From a virus (Duplodnaviria; Heunggongvirae; Uroviricota; Caudoviricetes), in the IMG/VR virus record IMGVR_UViG_3300035696_002535: a stretch of DNA of 64,000 nt; one strand, given 5' to 3'. The stretch's first letter is position 1. Every line of letters begins with the position of its first letter. Below are positions 25,125 through 33,428 of the stretch, one piece after another. The notes below the pieces were generated by a model. The model saw only the letters and a list, made by a program, of their open reading frames with translations, ran no database searches and was not told the DNA's origin. The position numbers were made by a program, and so were the translations under genes.

Positions 25125-26876
25125 TCAGTCCTTCAAAGTGACTTCTGTATTTAATTTATCTACAATATTAACAGAAAAAGAGTCGCACTCCCTGATGGTC
25201 TTATAGACATAGGGAACGGATATGTCATACTTCTCCTTTATCTTTTTTACTATGTAAATTCTTTTTAGCATCTCCTTTTTTTCATCTTTAAAGAGTCTTT
25301 TGATGGCATTCAAAAGATTTCGTTGAACTCTTTTTCTTACTGGTATAAGAGATTTGTAATTATCCTTGAGCTTATATAAGTACCGTTTACGGTTAGAGTT
25401 TCTGTGTCTTGTAACAATAGGAGATTTACTCAGGACGGCATGACAAGAACTCCTTTTTAGCCCTGTTACTGCGACAAGTTTATTTATCAACTGGTGTGGC
25501 TCCCAAACTTTGTTTTTCATTATTTTTATCAGCGCCTGGTGTACGTTGATTTTGGATCTATTGAATTTATAGGTATTAATTCTATTTTTGTATCGACCTT
25601 TCCAAGATTTCAATATCACGCGATGATCTTTCAAGCGAAAAAACTCTTTACCAATAAAAACTGATATAAGACTGATTACATTTTTTAATTCAACGTCTGG
25701 GTAGACACTCCTTAGGTTGTCATATATTTCTTTCAAACTACACGGCCTCCCAGAGTTTATTAAAAATCTTTTTATTACAACATACATTGGATCGGTATCT
25801 ATATCAGTTTCCCTTGCAGCCCACCTACCTGTTTTTCCTATAGGTTTAAATCGGATGTCCAAAGAAAGAGGCAAAGTCTTTATGTCAGATCCACGAAGTT
25901 TATTGACAGCTTCCAATAACTCTGTATATTCCATGTCTGTCTTGATTCGAGTAAGGATCCTATACGCTACATCTGATCCTGACGAGGCTCTGTCCGCCAG
26001 CTGATAGCGGTCTGAATCTATTCTTTCAATTTCAGGTATAAGTCCCAAGATATCCTGAAGGAGAACCTTAGGAACTTTAAATCTCCTAATTAAGTCATTG
26101 ATATTTACAAATAAGTAGTTTTTTCTGAAGATTCTTTTGACACTATAATAAAGCTTTCTTATTTTAATATGGGATCCTATAGGTCTGGTAAAATAAATAG
26201 GAGTAAGAAAAAAAGGATGGTATTCAATCCCGAAGATTTCAAAAAATAAGGAAAGGTTTTTCTTCTTATCGGCAGTCAATGGTATGTGCTCTTCTTCAAA
26301 AACTTTTTTAATAAAGTCATCGTTGAAAACCATGTGCCTGAAAAACACGTCTCGAAGTGCATGTATCTGTTGTAGAACTATCACATCGCACCTGAGATTG
26401 TTTATGGAATGTCCGCCGAACAATTTTTTTAGCTTATTTAAATGGATGTTTCTTACCTGCCGGACTCGTTCCCGTGACACTGTGTGCTCTTGTCCTATTT
26501 CTCTCAAATTTTTGTCATCGTTCCTTATTCCATAGTATACGAGGATACAATCTCGATTAAGTCCGTCTTCTATGGTGTCACAGTAGTCTTTTATGATCTC
26601 TGCAAAAATAGTAAAAGCATCCCAACTAGGATCAAGCTCTTTCGGTACAACTGTAGATATTTGACCGCACACCTGGAGACTATTGATATCTACAGGATCT
26701 TTTGGAGGATAGTCTATTTTGGCGACCCGTGGGTAGTTTGTTTTGAATACTTTTGAGTTTTTTTTACTATGTAGGAGAGGTCGATAAGTATAAGGAAAAT
26801 ATTCTTCCCGCAAAAAACGGTAAGTTTTTGATCTGGCTCGTTTTCTTATTGTTGAAGATAGCATAGATAAACTCAA
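25125..26876 (-). CDS. large protein with a sigma-70 region-4-like HTH domain (possible phage transcription factor)
   Basis: 'ILVYYGIRNDDKNLREIGQEHTVSRERVRQVRNIHLNKLKKL' closely matches sigma70_r4 (..LeEIG..lgvSrERVRQIe.rAlrKLr). Unusually, it lies in the N-terminal third of a 583 aa protein. Confidence 0.5.
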   Translation of the reverse strand: MSLSMLSSTIRKRARSKTYRFLREEYFPYTYRPLLHSKKNSKVFKTNYPRVAKIDYPPKDPVDINSLQVCGQISTVVPKELDPSWDAFTIFAEIIKDYCDTIEDGLNRDCILVYYGIRNDDKNLREIGQEHTVSRERVRQVRNIHLNKLKKLFGGHSINNLRCDVIVLQQIHALRDVFFRHMVFNDDFIKKVFEEEHIPLTADKKKNLSLFFEIFGIEYHPFFLTPIYFTRPIGSHIKIRKLYYSVKRIFRKNYLFVNINDLIRRFKVPKVLLQDILGLIPEIERIDSDRYQLADRASSGSDVAYRILTRIKTDMEYTELLEAVNKLRGSDIKTLPLSLDIRFKPIGKTGRWAARETDIDTDPMYVVIKRFLINSGRPCSLKEIYDNLRSVYPDVELKNVISLISVFIGKEFFRLKDHRVILKSWKGRYKNRINTYKFNRSKINVHQALIKIMKNKVWEPHQLINKLVAVTGLKRSSCHAVLSKSPIVTRHRNSNRKRYLYKLKDNYKSLIPVRKRVQRNLLNAIKRLFKDEKKEMLKRIYIVKKIKEKYDISVPYVYKTIRECDSFSVNIVDKLNTEVTLKD

Positions 26877-27583
26877 ACAAAAACTTTTAATCCTTTTTCT
26901 TCAAGTATCTTTTTCGCTTTTTTTAAAATTTTGTCTTTTCTCTTAAACGGGACCTGTATTTTGTTCCCTGTCTTTACTTCCACAAAATTGACTATAGCTT
27001 TTCCGGTCATGCCGTTCAGGTTAATTTCCTTGTATCCAAATTCTTTTTGTACTTTAGGTTCTACAGCCGAAGACTCTGTTATCGGAGATTCCATTGCCAG
27101 AGGCTCTAGCATTGAGATCTCCGGCGTTACGGGATCTATCTCAAAGTCAACTTCAAGAGGATCTGATATGTCTTCTGTAAAAGACGATATTAGGAGCGCC
27201 GAAACAGTCTCTTTCACTATCTCTACTTCTTCAGGTAAGACCTCAGTAGATTTTTGAAAGGATTCTTCTTTGACAGGCGTAATGACAGGATTCTGTTCAA
27301 AAACCGGAGGAGGCACACCATTTTCCATATCCTTCCCCATCTTTCCTGATTCAACATATTCTTGCTTTGCGGCACAGTGCGCCGGGACTGCAGGCAACTC
27401 AATTTTCGGCAGTTTCATCTTACAGCATGTTCTACACAGATAAGACCTTTGATGCCCCCACCCTATTTCTATCAAAATGTTGTTGTCTATGTCAGATTGA
27501 GTAAATGGACCTAGACCACACTCCAAGCAATAGTAATTCCGTATGAGATTACCAGAGGCATCTTTTGAAAATAGTGTTCTCAT
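26873..27583 (-). CDS. hypothetical protein with N-terminal Cys cluster and acidic central region
   Basis: 'CLECGLGPF...CRTCCKMK'. Confidence 0.4.
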   Translation of the reverse strand: MRTLFSKDASGNLIRNYYCLECGLGPFTQSDIDNNILIEIGWGHQRSYLCRTCCKMKLPKIELPAVPAHCAAKQEYVESGKMGKDMENGVPPPVFEQNPVITPVKEESFQKSTEVLPEEVEIVKETVSALLISSFTEDISDPLEVDFEIDPVTPEISMLEPLAMESPITESSAVEPKVQKEFGYKEINLNGMTGKAIVNFVEVKTGNKIQVPFKRKDKILKKAKKILEEKGLKVFV

Positions 27584-27609
27584 GTTGATCTCTCCTCTGT
27601 TTGTGGTGT

Positions 27610-27849
27610 TTAGGTTGCAAAATCTTTTGCTGAGTAGTTTTTACATTGTTTCCAAATATCAATGCAATAGGGACAATCAATTTTTGCCCCACGCTTCAAT
27701 TTTGCGGGTTGCTGTCGAACCAATGGACTATCATCATCTCCATCAAGACCACATAAAGTCTCATAATTACCCAGTGAAAAAGCTCCATTCATGTGTACTT
27801 GAACTATGCCATCCACATTTACCGCTACAAATTTAGATGTCTTGGCCAT
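27610..27849 (-). CDS. small hypothetical (Cys-rich)
   Basis: 79 aa ORF with 'CPYCIDIWKQC'. Confidence 0.3.
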   Translation of the reverse strand: MAKTSKFVAVNVDGIVQVHMNGAFSLGNYETLCGLDGDDDSPLVRQQPAKLKRGAKIDCPYCIDIWKQCKNYSAKDFAT

Positions 27850-27870
27850 GATGCTCTTGTCTCCTTTAGG

Positions 27871-28752
27871 CTAGAACAACAGACTCGCCTTCCGATTCCA
27901 TTTTGTGTAAAGATGACAGTCTGGACGAAGAATCAAATATCGAACCGTGTCCCTTGAGGTGGTTGACATACAGTCATCGTCTAACAAGACGGACATCCCT
28001 TTGACACCATATCTGGTAGCTCCAAAAGAAACCGTTTCTAGAGGATATCCATTATTGATAATCCAATTTCTAAGTTCTCCTGCATGTTTGTACTCATGCG
28101 AATTTATCCACTGATTTTGTGGAAGATTCTCGTTTCCAGAAGTATACAGTATCCTGAAGGTTATCTGCTGTGGAAAAAGACTTCCGGCTCTATTGAAAAT
28201 TTGTTCAAAACTCCAGCGATCATACTCACTCCACATATTCAGAGAAAGTCTAAGATTTAATCCGTGATCCCTTATACTTTTGCACAGGCAGTCGATGCCA
28301 AATCTGAGACCTTCGGGCGTATGATTTACTTTATGGTTAGAGTCATCATCAAACATGTTAGAAAGGCTAAGACTAATCCCTGTCACTCCAAGGATATTCC
28401 TGAGGAATTTTAACTTTTCGTTGTCGAGGGTGACACCAGAAGTTTGAACTTCTATCCAACGAAAAGGCCTGATTGTTCTAGTGTTCCAGTGGGCCAGCTT
28501 CTCTAGGAAAGTCATGTTTAAAAGAGGCTCTCCTGTGCCGGTGATTATGAGGGACTCAAAGTTTCTCTCAAGGCAGAAATCAATCCTATTTAAATAGTCC
28601 CGCTCGTAGAGATAGTCGCCGCTTTCTATGAGGTTCGGATAAGTAGTGTCATCCATAGATGACACGCAAAACTCGCAAGCATTTGGACAGCCTTTACCGT
28701 TTTGCCCGTGACCCTTAGTAGGGACAGCAATAGAAAGTGATCTTAGATCCAT
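27871..28752 (-). CDS. radical SAM enzyme
   Basis: 'GCPNACEFCVS' gives CxxxCxxC. Confidence 0.55.
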   Translation of the reverse strand: MDLRSLSIAVPTKGHGQNGKGCPNACEFCVSSMDDTTYPNLIESGDYLYERDYLNRIDFCLERNFESLIITGTGEPLLNMTFLEKLAHWNTRTIRPFRWIEVQTSGVTLDNEKLKFLRNILGVTGISLSLSNMFDDDSNHKVNHTPEGLRFGIDCLCKSIRDHGLNLRLSLNMWSEYDRWSFEQIFNRAGSLFPQQITFRILYTSGNENLPQNQWINSHEYKHAGELRNWIINNGYPLETVSFGATRYGVKGMSVLLDDDCMSTTSRDTVRYLILRPDCHLYTKWNRKASLLF

Positions 28753-28774
28753 GTGAACTCCTTTCGTTCATATA

Positions 28775-28790
28775 TAATATACTTTTTTGG
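28775..28790 (-). promoter_or_regulatory. promoter-like motif taatatacttttttgg (exact copy of 15620-15635)
   Basis: 23 nt upstream of the radical-SAM gene start. Confidence 0.4.
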
Positions 28791-28800
28791 AATACGGAGT

Positions 28801-29391
28801 TCAACATGTTTTTGCATAATTTATCGGGAATCTGAACAACCTGACTTCTCTTTTTTTGACTTTCTGCCCATACCAGACCTCCAATTTACCGGTTTTATTG
28901 TCACCCTTCCAGTCTATAAGGCAAAGGTTCTGCCCAGTCTTATCGTCCTTGGTGGTATACTCGGCTATGATATGGCTCTTGTTTAGAGAAAAAGAGTGTC
29001 CTTTTTTATGCCAGTGTATGGCGCGGGTAATCCGTTCGTGGCCATCCTGTACAATGGCTTCTATATGATCAGCTAGATCATTACCACACTCATTTAATAA
29101 TGTAGAAAACTCTCTCTTCTCATCAAGGCTACCCGCTGAGTCTAGATAATATATCCTAGGTTGGAATACAAAAGATTGTGGTTTAAACACAGCCATATAA
29201 ATAAGTCCTTCATATTCGTCGGATACATACGCTAGTACCTTTTTATAATCCCTGATCTCATAGACATCAAAAGCTATCTTTGGCTCGTGGAATTGTCTTT
29301 GCGTAGTTGGGTCCGATAAGACAAAACCATATCCCGTTTCTGTCCCCATGTTGTTTCTCCTAAAAACGAGGTCAGTGCAGACAGCTTCCAC
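28801..29391 (-). CDS. uncharacterised protein, paralog family A (paralog of 13559..14173)
   Basis: See 13559..14173; the shared C-terminal 'C-L-[MI]-DWKGD..K.G..E.WYG..VK..EV.LF' block. Confidence 0.5.
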   Translation of the reverse strand: MEAVCTDLVFRRNNMGTETGYGFVLSDPTTQRQFHEPKIAFDVYEIRDYKKVLAYVSDEYEGLIYMAVFKPQSFVFQPRIYYLDSAGSLDEKREFSTLLNECGNDLADHIEAIVQDGHERITRAIHWHKKGHSFSLNKSHIIAEYTTKDDKTGQNLCLIDWKGDNKTGKLEVWYGQKVKKREVRLFRFPINYAKTC

Positions 29392-29416
29392 ACTGACCTT
29401 CGTTTATGTTGTTGAG

Positions 29417-30931
29417 TTAAGCTTTCTTCGCACTAATAGGAGTAAGTTCTTCTTTCTTTGATGTTCCGAGCATCTCCGGAAGACTCATTCCAGCCTGCTG
29501 AAACAGGTCATTAAGAGCGGGTACGGATTTCAATATTCCACTGAGAAAATCTGCAGTGGAAGTTTTACCGTTTTCACCCGAACCTTTGTCCCAGACTGTG
29601 ACCTTATCGATTTTGATGTTTTTGATGGCATCAACCTGGATACGGGTAAGCTCGACCAGCTTATCCACGATAAGGAGTTTGGCGGCAGCAGTAGGATCGT
29701 TGTTGGCTGCTTTCACGATAGCCTCGAGACCGTTCGCAGTATTCTTGAGGATGGAGTATGCACCGCGTCCCTCAGCGTCCATGTTGAAGAACCTTCCGTC
29801 TGCTTCTCCTTTGGCCTCACGTCGCTTCTTCTCTGCTTCTGCCTCTGCCTCAATTACTTTCTTGTCTTTGGCGATTTCCGCAGCTACCACAACATCTGCA
29901 TTCTGTTTTGCTTTTTCCTTCAAAGCACGGGCGTCTTCAGCGGTTTTTTCTGCTGCATAAGCCAGGGTAAGAGCTTCGGCTGCTTGCACTTTTTCTGAAG
30001 ATACAGCTAATTTTGCGGCTTCAGCTTCTTTTTGTCGCCTGTTAGCCTCGGAATTCGCAACATCAATATGAGCGAGGTTTTCGCTTTTAACAGCCTCTGC
30101 ATTTTTTTCCGCCACCGCTACACGCTGTCTCTTATCAGCCTCTTTTTCACCCGCTACGGCTTCAGCATTTCTTTCGGCTACTGCTACACGCTGTCTCTTA
30201 TCGGCTTCTTTTTCACCCGCTACAGCGTCTGCTCCTGCAGAAGCTACACGGATACGCTGATCTTGCTCCGCTAGGGCTTTTCCGACTGCTCCATCTCTGT
30301 TCTTTTCAGCGACTGCTACCATGGCTTTGTTGACAGCCTCGGCAGAAGCATTTTGTCCGAGGGCTTTGATGTATCCGGACTCATCGTTGATATCCTGGAT
30401 GTTCACGTTAATAAGACGCAGGCCGATCTTTGCAAGTTCTGTTTCGACACTATTGGCCACGTGCCCCATAAATTTTTCACGATCTGAATTGATTTCTTCG
30501 ATAGTCATTGTAGCTATGACACTGCGAAGACATCCATAGATAATTTCATCAGCTATGCTTTTAATCTCGTCAGATTTACGCCCCAAAAGACTTTTAGCAG
30601 CATTCTCCATTATGCCTTCTTCAGTGGAAATGCTGACCGTAAAAGTAGATGGGATATCTACACGGATGTTTTGTTTGCTAAGGGCTTTTGTAAGCTGGAT
30701 ATCAATGGGCATAGGGGTGAGATCCAGATAACTATACCCTTGGAAAACAGGAAGAACAAAAGCCGCCCCACCATGGATACATTTTGAAGCGGAGATTTTT
30801 TTATCTTTCTTACCCACGCTTCCATAAACGACCATAATCTTATCGGGAGGACACTTTTTGTAACGAGAAAGTACAGCCCAGATCATAAGAAAAAATACAA
30901 CCCCAGCGACGCAAATAAGTATTGGTAACAT
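29417..30931 (-). CDS. SPFH/Band-7 flotillin-like membrane protein with repeat-containing coiled coil
   Basis: N-terminal TM helix, an SPFH-like domain, then a long Ala/Glu/Lys coiled coil including a 22-aa tandem repeat. Confidence 0.7.
   Translation of the reverse strand: MLPILICVAGVVFFLMIWAVLSRYKKCPPDKIMVVYGSVGKKDKKISASKCIHGGAAFVLPVFQGYSYLDLTPMPIDIQLTKALSKQNIRVDIPSTFTVSISTEEGIMENAAKSLLGRKSDEIKSIADEIIYGCLRSVIATMTIEEINSDREKFMGHVANSVETELAKIGLRLINVNIQDINDESGYIKALGQNASAEAVNKAMVAVAEKNRDGAVGKALAEQDQRIRVASAGADAVAGEKEADKRQRVAVAERNAEAVAGEKEADKRQRVAVAEKNAEAVKSENLAHIDVANSEANRRQKEAEAAKLAVSSEKVQAAEALTLAYAAEKTAEDARALKEKAKQNADVVVAAEIAKDKKVIEAEAEAEKKRREAKGEADGRFFNMDAEGRGAYSILKNTANGLEAIVKAANNDPTAAAKLLIVDKLVELTRIQVDAIKNIKIDKVTVWDKGSGENGKTSTADFLSGILKSVPALNDLFQQAGMSLPEMLGTSKKEELTPISAKKA
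30100..30250. repeat. 66-nt tandem repeat (2+ copies) inside the flotillin gene
   Basis: gctacacgctgtctcttatc[a/g]gc[c/t]tctttttcacccgctac recurs with a 66 nt period and encodes AVAGEKEADKRQRVAVAE[RK]NAE twice. Confidence 0.6.
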
Positions 30932-30967
30932 GATAGTTACCTCCTTTTGTTTAAAAGTGGTGTTTTA

Positions 30968-31603
30968 TTAGTTTGTGGTAGCAGCCACAGTAAATGTATT
31001 ATTTGAATACGACAAAACTCTAACAGTAGTTCCTACAGACAATGAAGGACCGGTTGATATTGCTATTCTTTCTTCGAGTTTTCCTCCCATGTTGAAATTG
31101 ATTTTTCCAAATCCTTTTCCTTTTTCAGGGATAGGGATGTATACTGTTGCCTGCTCCCCTACGAAATCTTCTTCTGAGATATTTCCGGATGCGTGTATCC
31201 CGTATAAAGCTTTCATTAAAAGAGCCATTATTATCATTGAGAAGCATCCAACGGCGAGGGCCATGATACAGGTTAAAAGCTTTGAAGCCTCGTATTCGAT
31301 CATAACGAGACCAGTCCACCCGAACATGCAAACGAAAGCGACCAAGTTCCTTAAGGTAAAAAGCTTAAGTCCTGCGGTAAATACGCTATGGTCATTGTCG
31401 CTATCGTGATCCTGTCCCATGTCGTGGGCATCCACGGAGCCGTCTGTATCGTGGCCTCCGATATTCTCTAACCCGAGAAACATGGACGCAAGCTGCATAA
31501 TAAGGACAACTGTCCCGAATAAAGCTACAGCCCAAAAAATCTGTGAAAATATGGACAAGTGTGTCCACCAAAAAGTTAACGATCCCATACTAACTCCTTT
31601 CAT
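30968..31603 (-). CDS. NfeD-like membrane protein (short NfeD/YuaF-type partner of flotillin)
   Basis: Multi-pass hydrophobic N-terminal part plus a C-terminal beta-rich tail 'GEQATVYIPIPEKGKGFGKINF...TVRVLSY', directly upstream of the flotillin gene. Confidence 0.45.
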   Translation of the reverse strand: MKGVSMGSLTFWWTHLSIFSQIFWAVALFGTVVLIMQLASMFLGLENIGGHDTDGSVDAHDMGQDHDSDNDHSVFTAGLKLFTLRNLVAFVCMFGWTGLVMIEYEASKLLTCIMALAVGCFSMIIMALLMKALYGIHASGNISEEDFVGEQATVYIPIPEKGKGFGKINFNMGGKLEERIAISTGPSLSVGTTVRVLSYSNNTFTVAATTN

Positions 31604-31609
31604 GTGAGT

Positions 31610-31870
31610 TTACAAATCCTTCTCCGCTAAAACAGCTTTTACAGCTTCCATAGCTTTTATTTCATCCGGCCCATCAGCTTCCACATTAAGAATTGTTCCC
31701 ACAGGAGCCGCAAGAAGCATCCCTTGCATTACACTAGATAGATTAGCTTCTTTATTTCCATTACTGGCAATAACTTTTGCATTTAAATCCTTTAAAGAAT
31801 TTATGATTTTCATAACGGGTCTTGCATGTAGTCCAAGTGTGATATCCACTCTAACTGCTTCTTTTACCAT
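31610..31870 (-). CDS. ptsH: HPr-like phosphocarrier protein
   Basis: 'ITLGLHARPVMKII' (active-site His in GLHARP) and 'LSSVMQGML' (regulatory Ser region). Confidence 0.7.
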   Translation of the reverse strand: MVKEAVRVDITLGLHARPVMKIINSLKDLNAKVIASNGNKEANLSSVMQGMLLAAPVGTILNVEADGPDEIKAMEAVKAVLAEKDL

Positions 31871-32387
31871 TAATATTCTTCTTTCTGGGATCCTCTACAT
31901 TGTCAGGGGTGTCATAATAGTAAGTAGTTCCCGGATAGACCAACTCATTAATCTCGTGCATGGTTAGTTTTCGATATTTCCTGCGATAGTAGTTAAAATA
32001 CTCGTTGGGCTGTGTATCTTGAAATCTTTTAAACTCCGTACCGTTGAGTCCACCATAAAACAAAGCTTTTTTACCTTTCAGCTGGAATAACAGAAAAGAA
32101 GCTCCCTCATCGACCAGAAGAAGTTTTATTTCCTCTTTTTGGCTACTATACTCAATCCCGCCTATGACTCTCATTATCCCGTGAAGATCCACGTTTATCT
32201 GTACAAAAGGCTCACCTTTATCAGTGATGGTAAACTCTAATGGGCCTGTTTTCGGAAAAATATCCAAATCATCTACTTTCAAAAAAGTAGACATATGCTG
32301 TTTAGCATAGTGAAGCACGGTTAGGGAATTTTTAGCAGCTTCTTCTATGAAACTGGCAGGGATAGGTACTGTTATGTTAAACTCCAA
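31851..32387 (-). CDS. hypothetical protein
   Basis: 178 aa ORF. Confidence 0.4.
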   Translation of the reverse strand: MEFNITVPIPASFIEEAAKNSLTVLHYAKQHMSTFLKVDDLDIFPKTGPLEFTITDKGEPFVQINVDLHGIMRVIGGIEYSSQKEEIKLLLVDEGASFLLFQLKGKKALFYGGLNGTEFKRFQDTQPNEYFNYYRRKYRKLTMHEINELVYPGTTYYYDTPDNVEDPRKKNINGKRSS

Positions 32388-32401
32388 AACAAACTCCTAC
32401 T

Positions 32402-33103
32402 CTATCTGCAGCACATAAAGGTTACGAAATCTTCTATGTATGGCGTATCCATAAAAAGAGGATATTCTTCTTTTTTGAGATACTTAGAAATCCTGAAATT
32501 TTTTAGGCTGATCCTTTTAAATTCGTGGCTATACCCTACTTCTCTTGGGTAAAATTTTATTTTCTGAATATCTTCTACTGAATAATCATGTAGATAACTT
32601 TCAAGAATGAGCTTCCGACCTTTTTTGATGATTTCCTTATCTTCATCATCGGTTGGGGATATATTTGTCAAATCTACAAACAAGTTTATTTCGTGATCAT
32701 TATTTTCCATATACGGATAAAAAGAGACATGTGTCCGCAAGCAATCCTTGCCAGTGGAACTCTTTTTTAGAAGGATCTCACTCTCTATTGAAGCACCGTC
32801 ATGGTCTTTACAAGGAAGATTGTTTTTAAAAACAAAAAAAGGTAATGATGCCGTCATTTCTAAAAATGTTTCCAATTCCTCTATCGAAAAAGGCGCTTTA
32901 AGACCATTAACCAATTTGATGTGTCTGCTTTCTATATCTGGGGCAACAGTTTCCTGTATCAATCTGTATAGATGTGCAGGATGATAATTATACCTGAAAT
33001 ATGTCCTGGATAATTCTTCAGTCTCGTCCATTGTAGACCATTTCTCGATGCAAACTTTTTTCCAGGCAGGATATTTCATTTTCAACATCAATAACATTAA
33101 CAT
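32402..33103 (-). CDS. hypothetical protein (true start probably internal)
   Basis: 233 aa ORF overlapping the upstream gene. Confidence 0.35.
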   Translation of the reverse strand: MLMLLMLKMKYPAWKKVCIEKWSTMDETEELSRTYFRYNYHPAHLYRLIQETVAPDIESRHIKLVNGLKAPFSIEELETFLEMTASLPFFVFKNNLPCKDHDGASIESEILLKKSSTGKDCLRTHVSFYPYMENNDHEINLFVDLTNISPTDDEDKEIIKKGRKLILESYLHDYSVEDIQKIKFYPREVGYSHEFKRISLKNFRISKYLKKEEYPLFMDTPYIEDFVTFMCCR

Positions 33104-33428
33104 TTCGTTCCCGAAGCCAATCTAAAACCATATTGTGCACAGATTCCTTTTCACTGAACCCGCCCTTGGGAACAACTATAGAACCATAGCCAAACTCGTT
33201 GTTCTCTACTCGCTGCAGGATTTTAACAAGGCTGTAGTTACCATCTTCAATCAAGGTCTGCCAGAGATTCTCCGTAGATATTATTTTTTTCTCTTGCTCT
33301 TGTTCTACAGCAGTCGCTTTGAAAAATAGGCCACTCTCTCGAAGATAATTCATGAAGCTGGTGAAATGCAATTTAAAAGCATTAGGACGTATGTCAGAGC
33401 TTGTACGGATTATGATCTGTTTTTTCAT
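33018..33428 (-). CDS. hypothetical protein, translationally coupled to nadE
   Basis: Its ATG overlaps the nadE stop (ATGA-type overlap). Confidence 0.4.
   Translation of the reverse strand: MKKQIIIRTSSDIRPNAFKLHFTSFMNYLRESGLFFKATAVEQEQEKKIISTENLWQTLIEDGNYSLVKILQRVENNEFGYGSIVVPKGGFSEKESVHNMVLDWLRERNVNVIDVENEISCLEKSLHREMVYNGRD

Noticed and set aside
29556-29960. 134 aa plus-strand ORF
   Set aside because: Antisense to the flotillin coiled-coil region. An Ala/Ser-rich artefact of the GC-skewed repeat.
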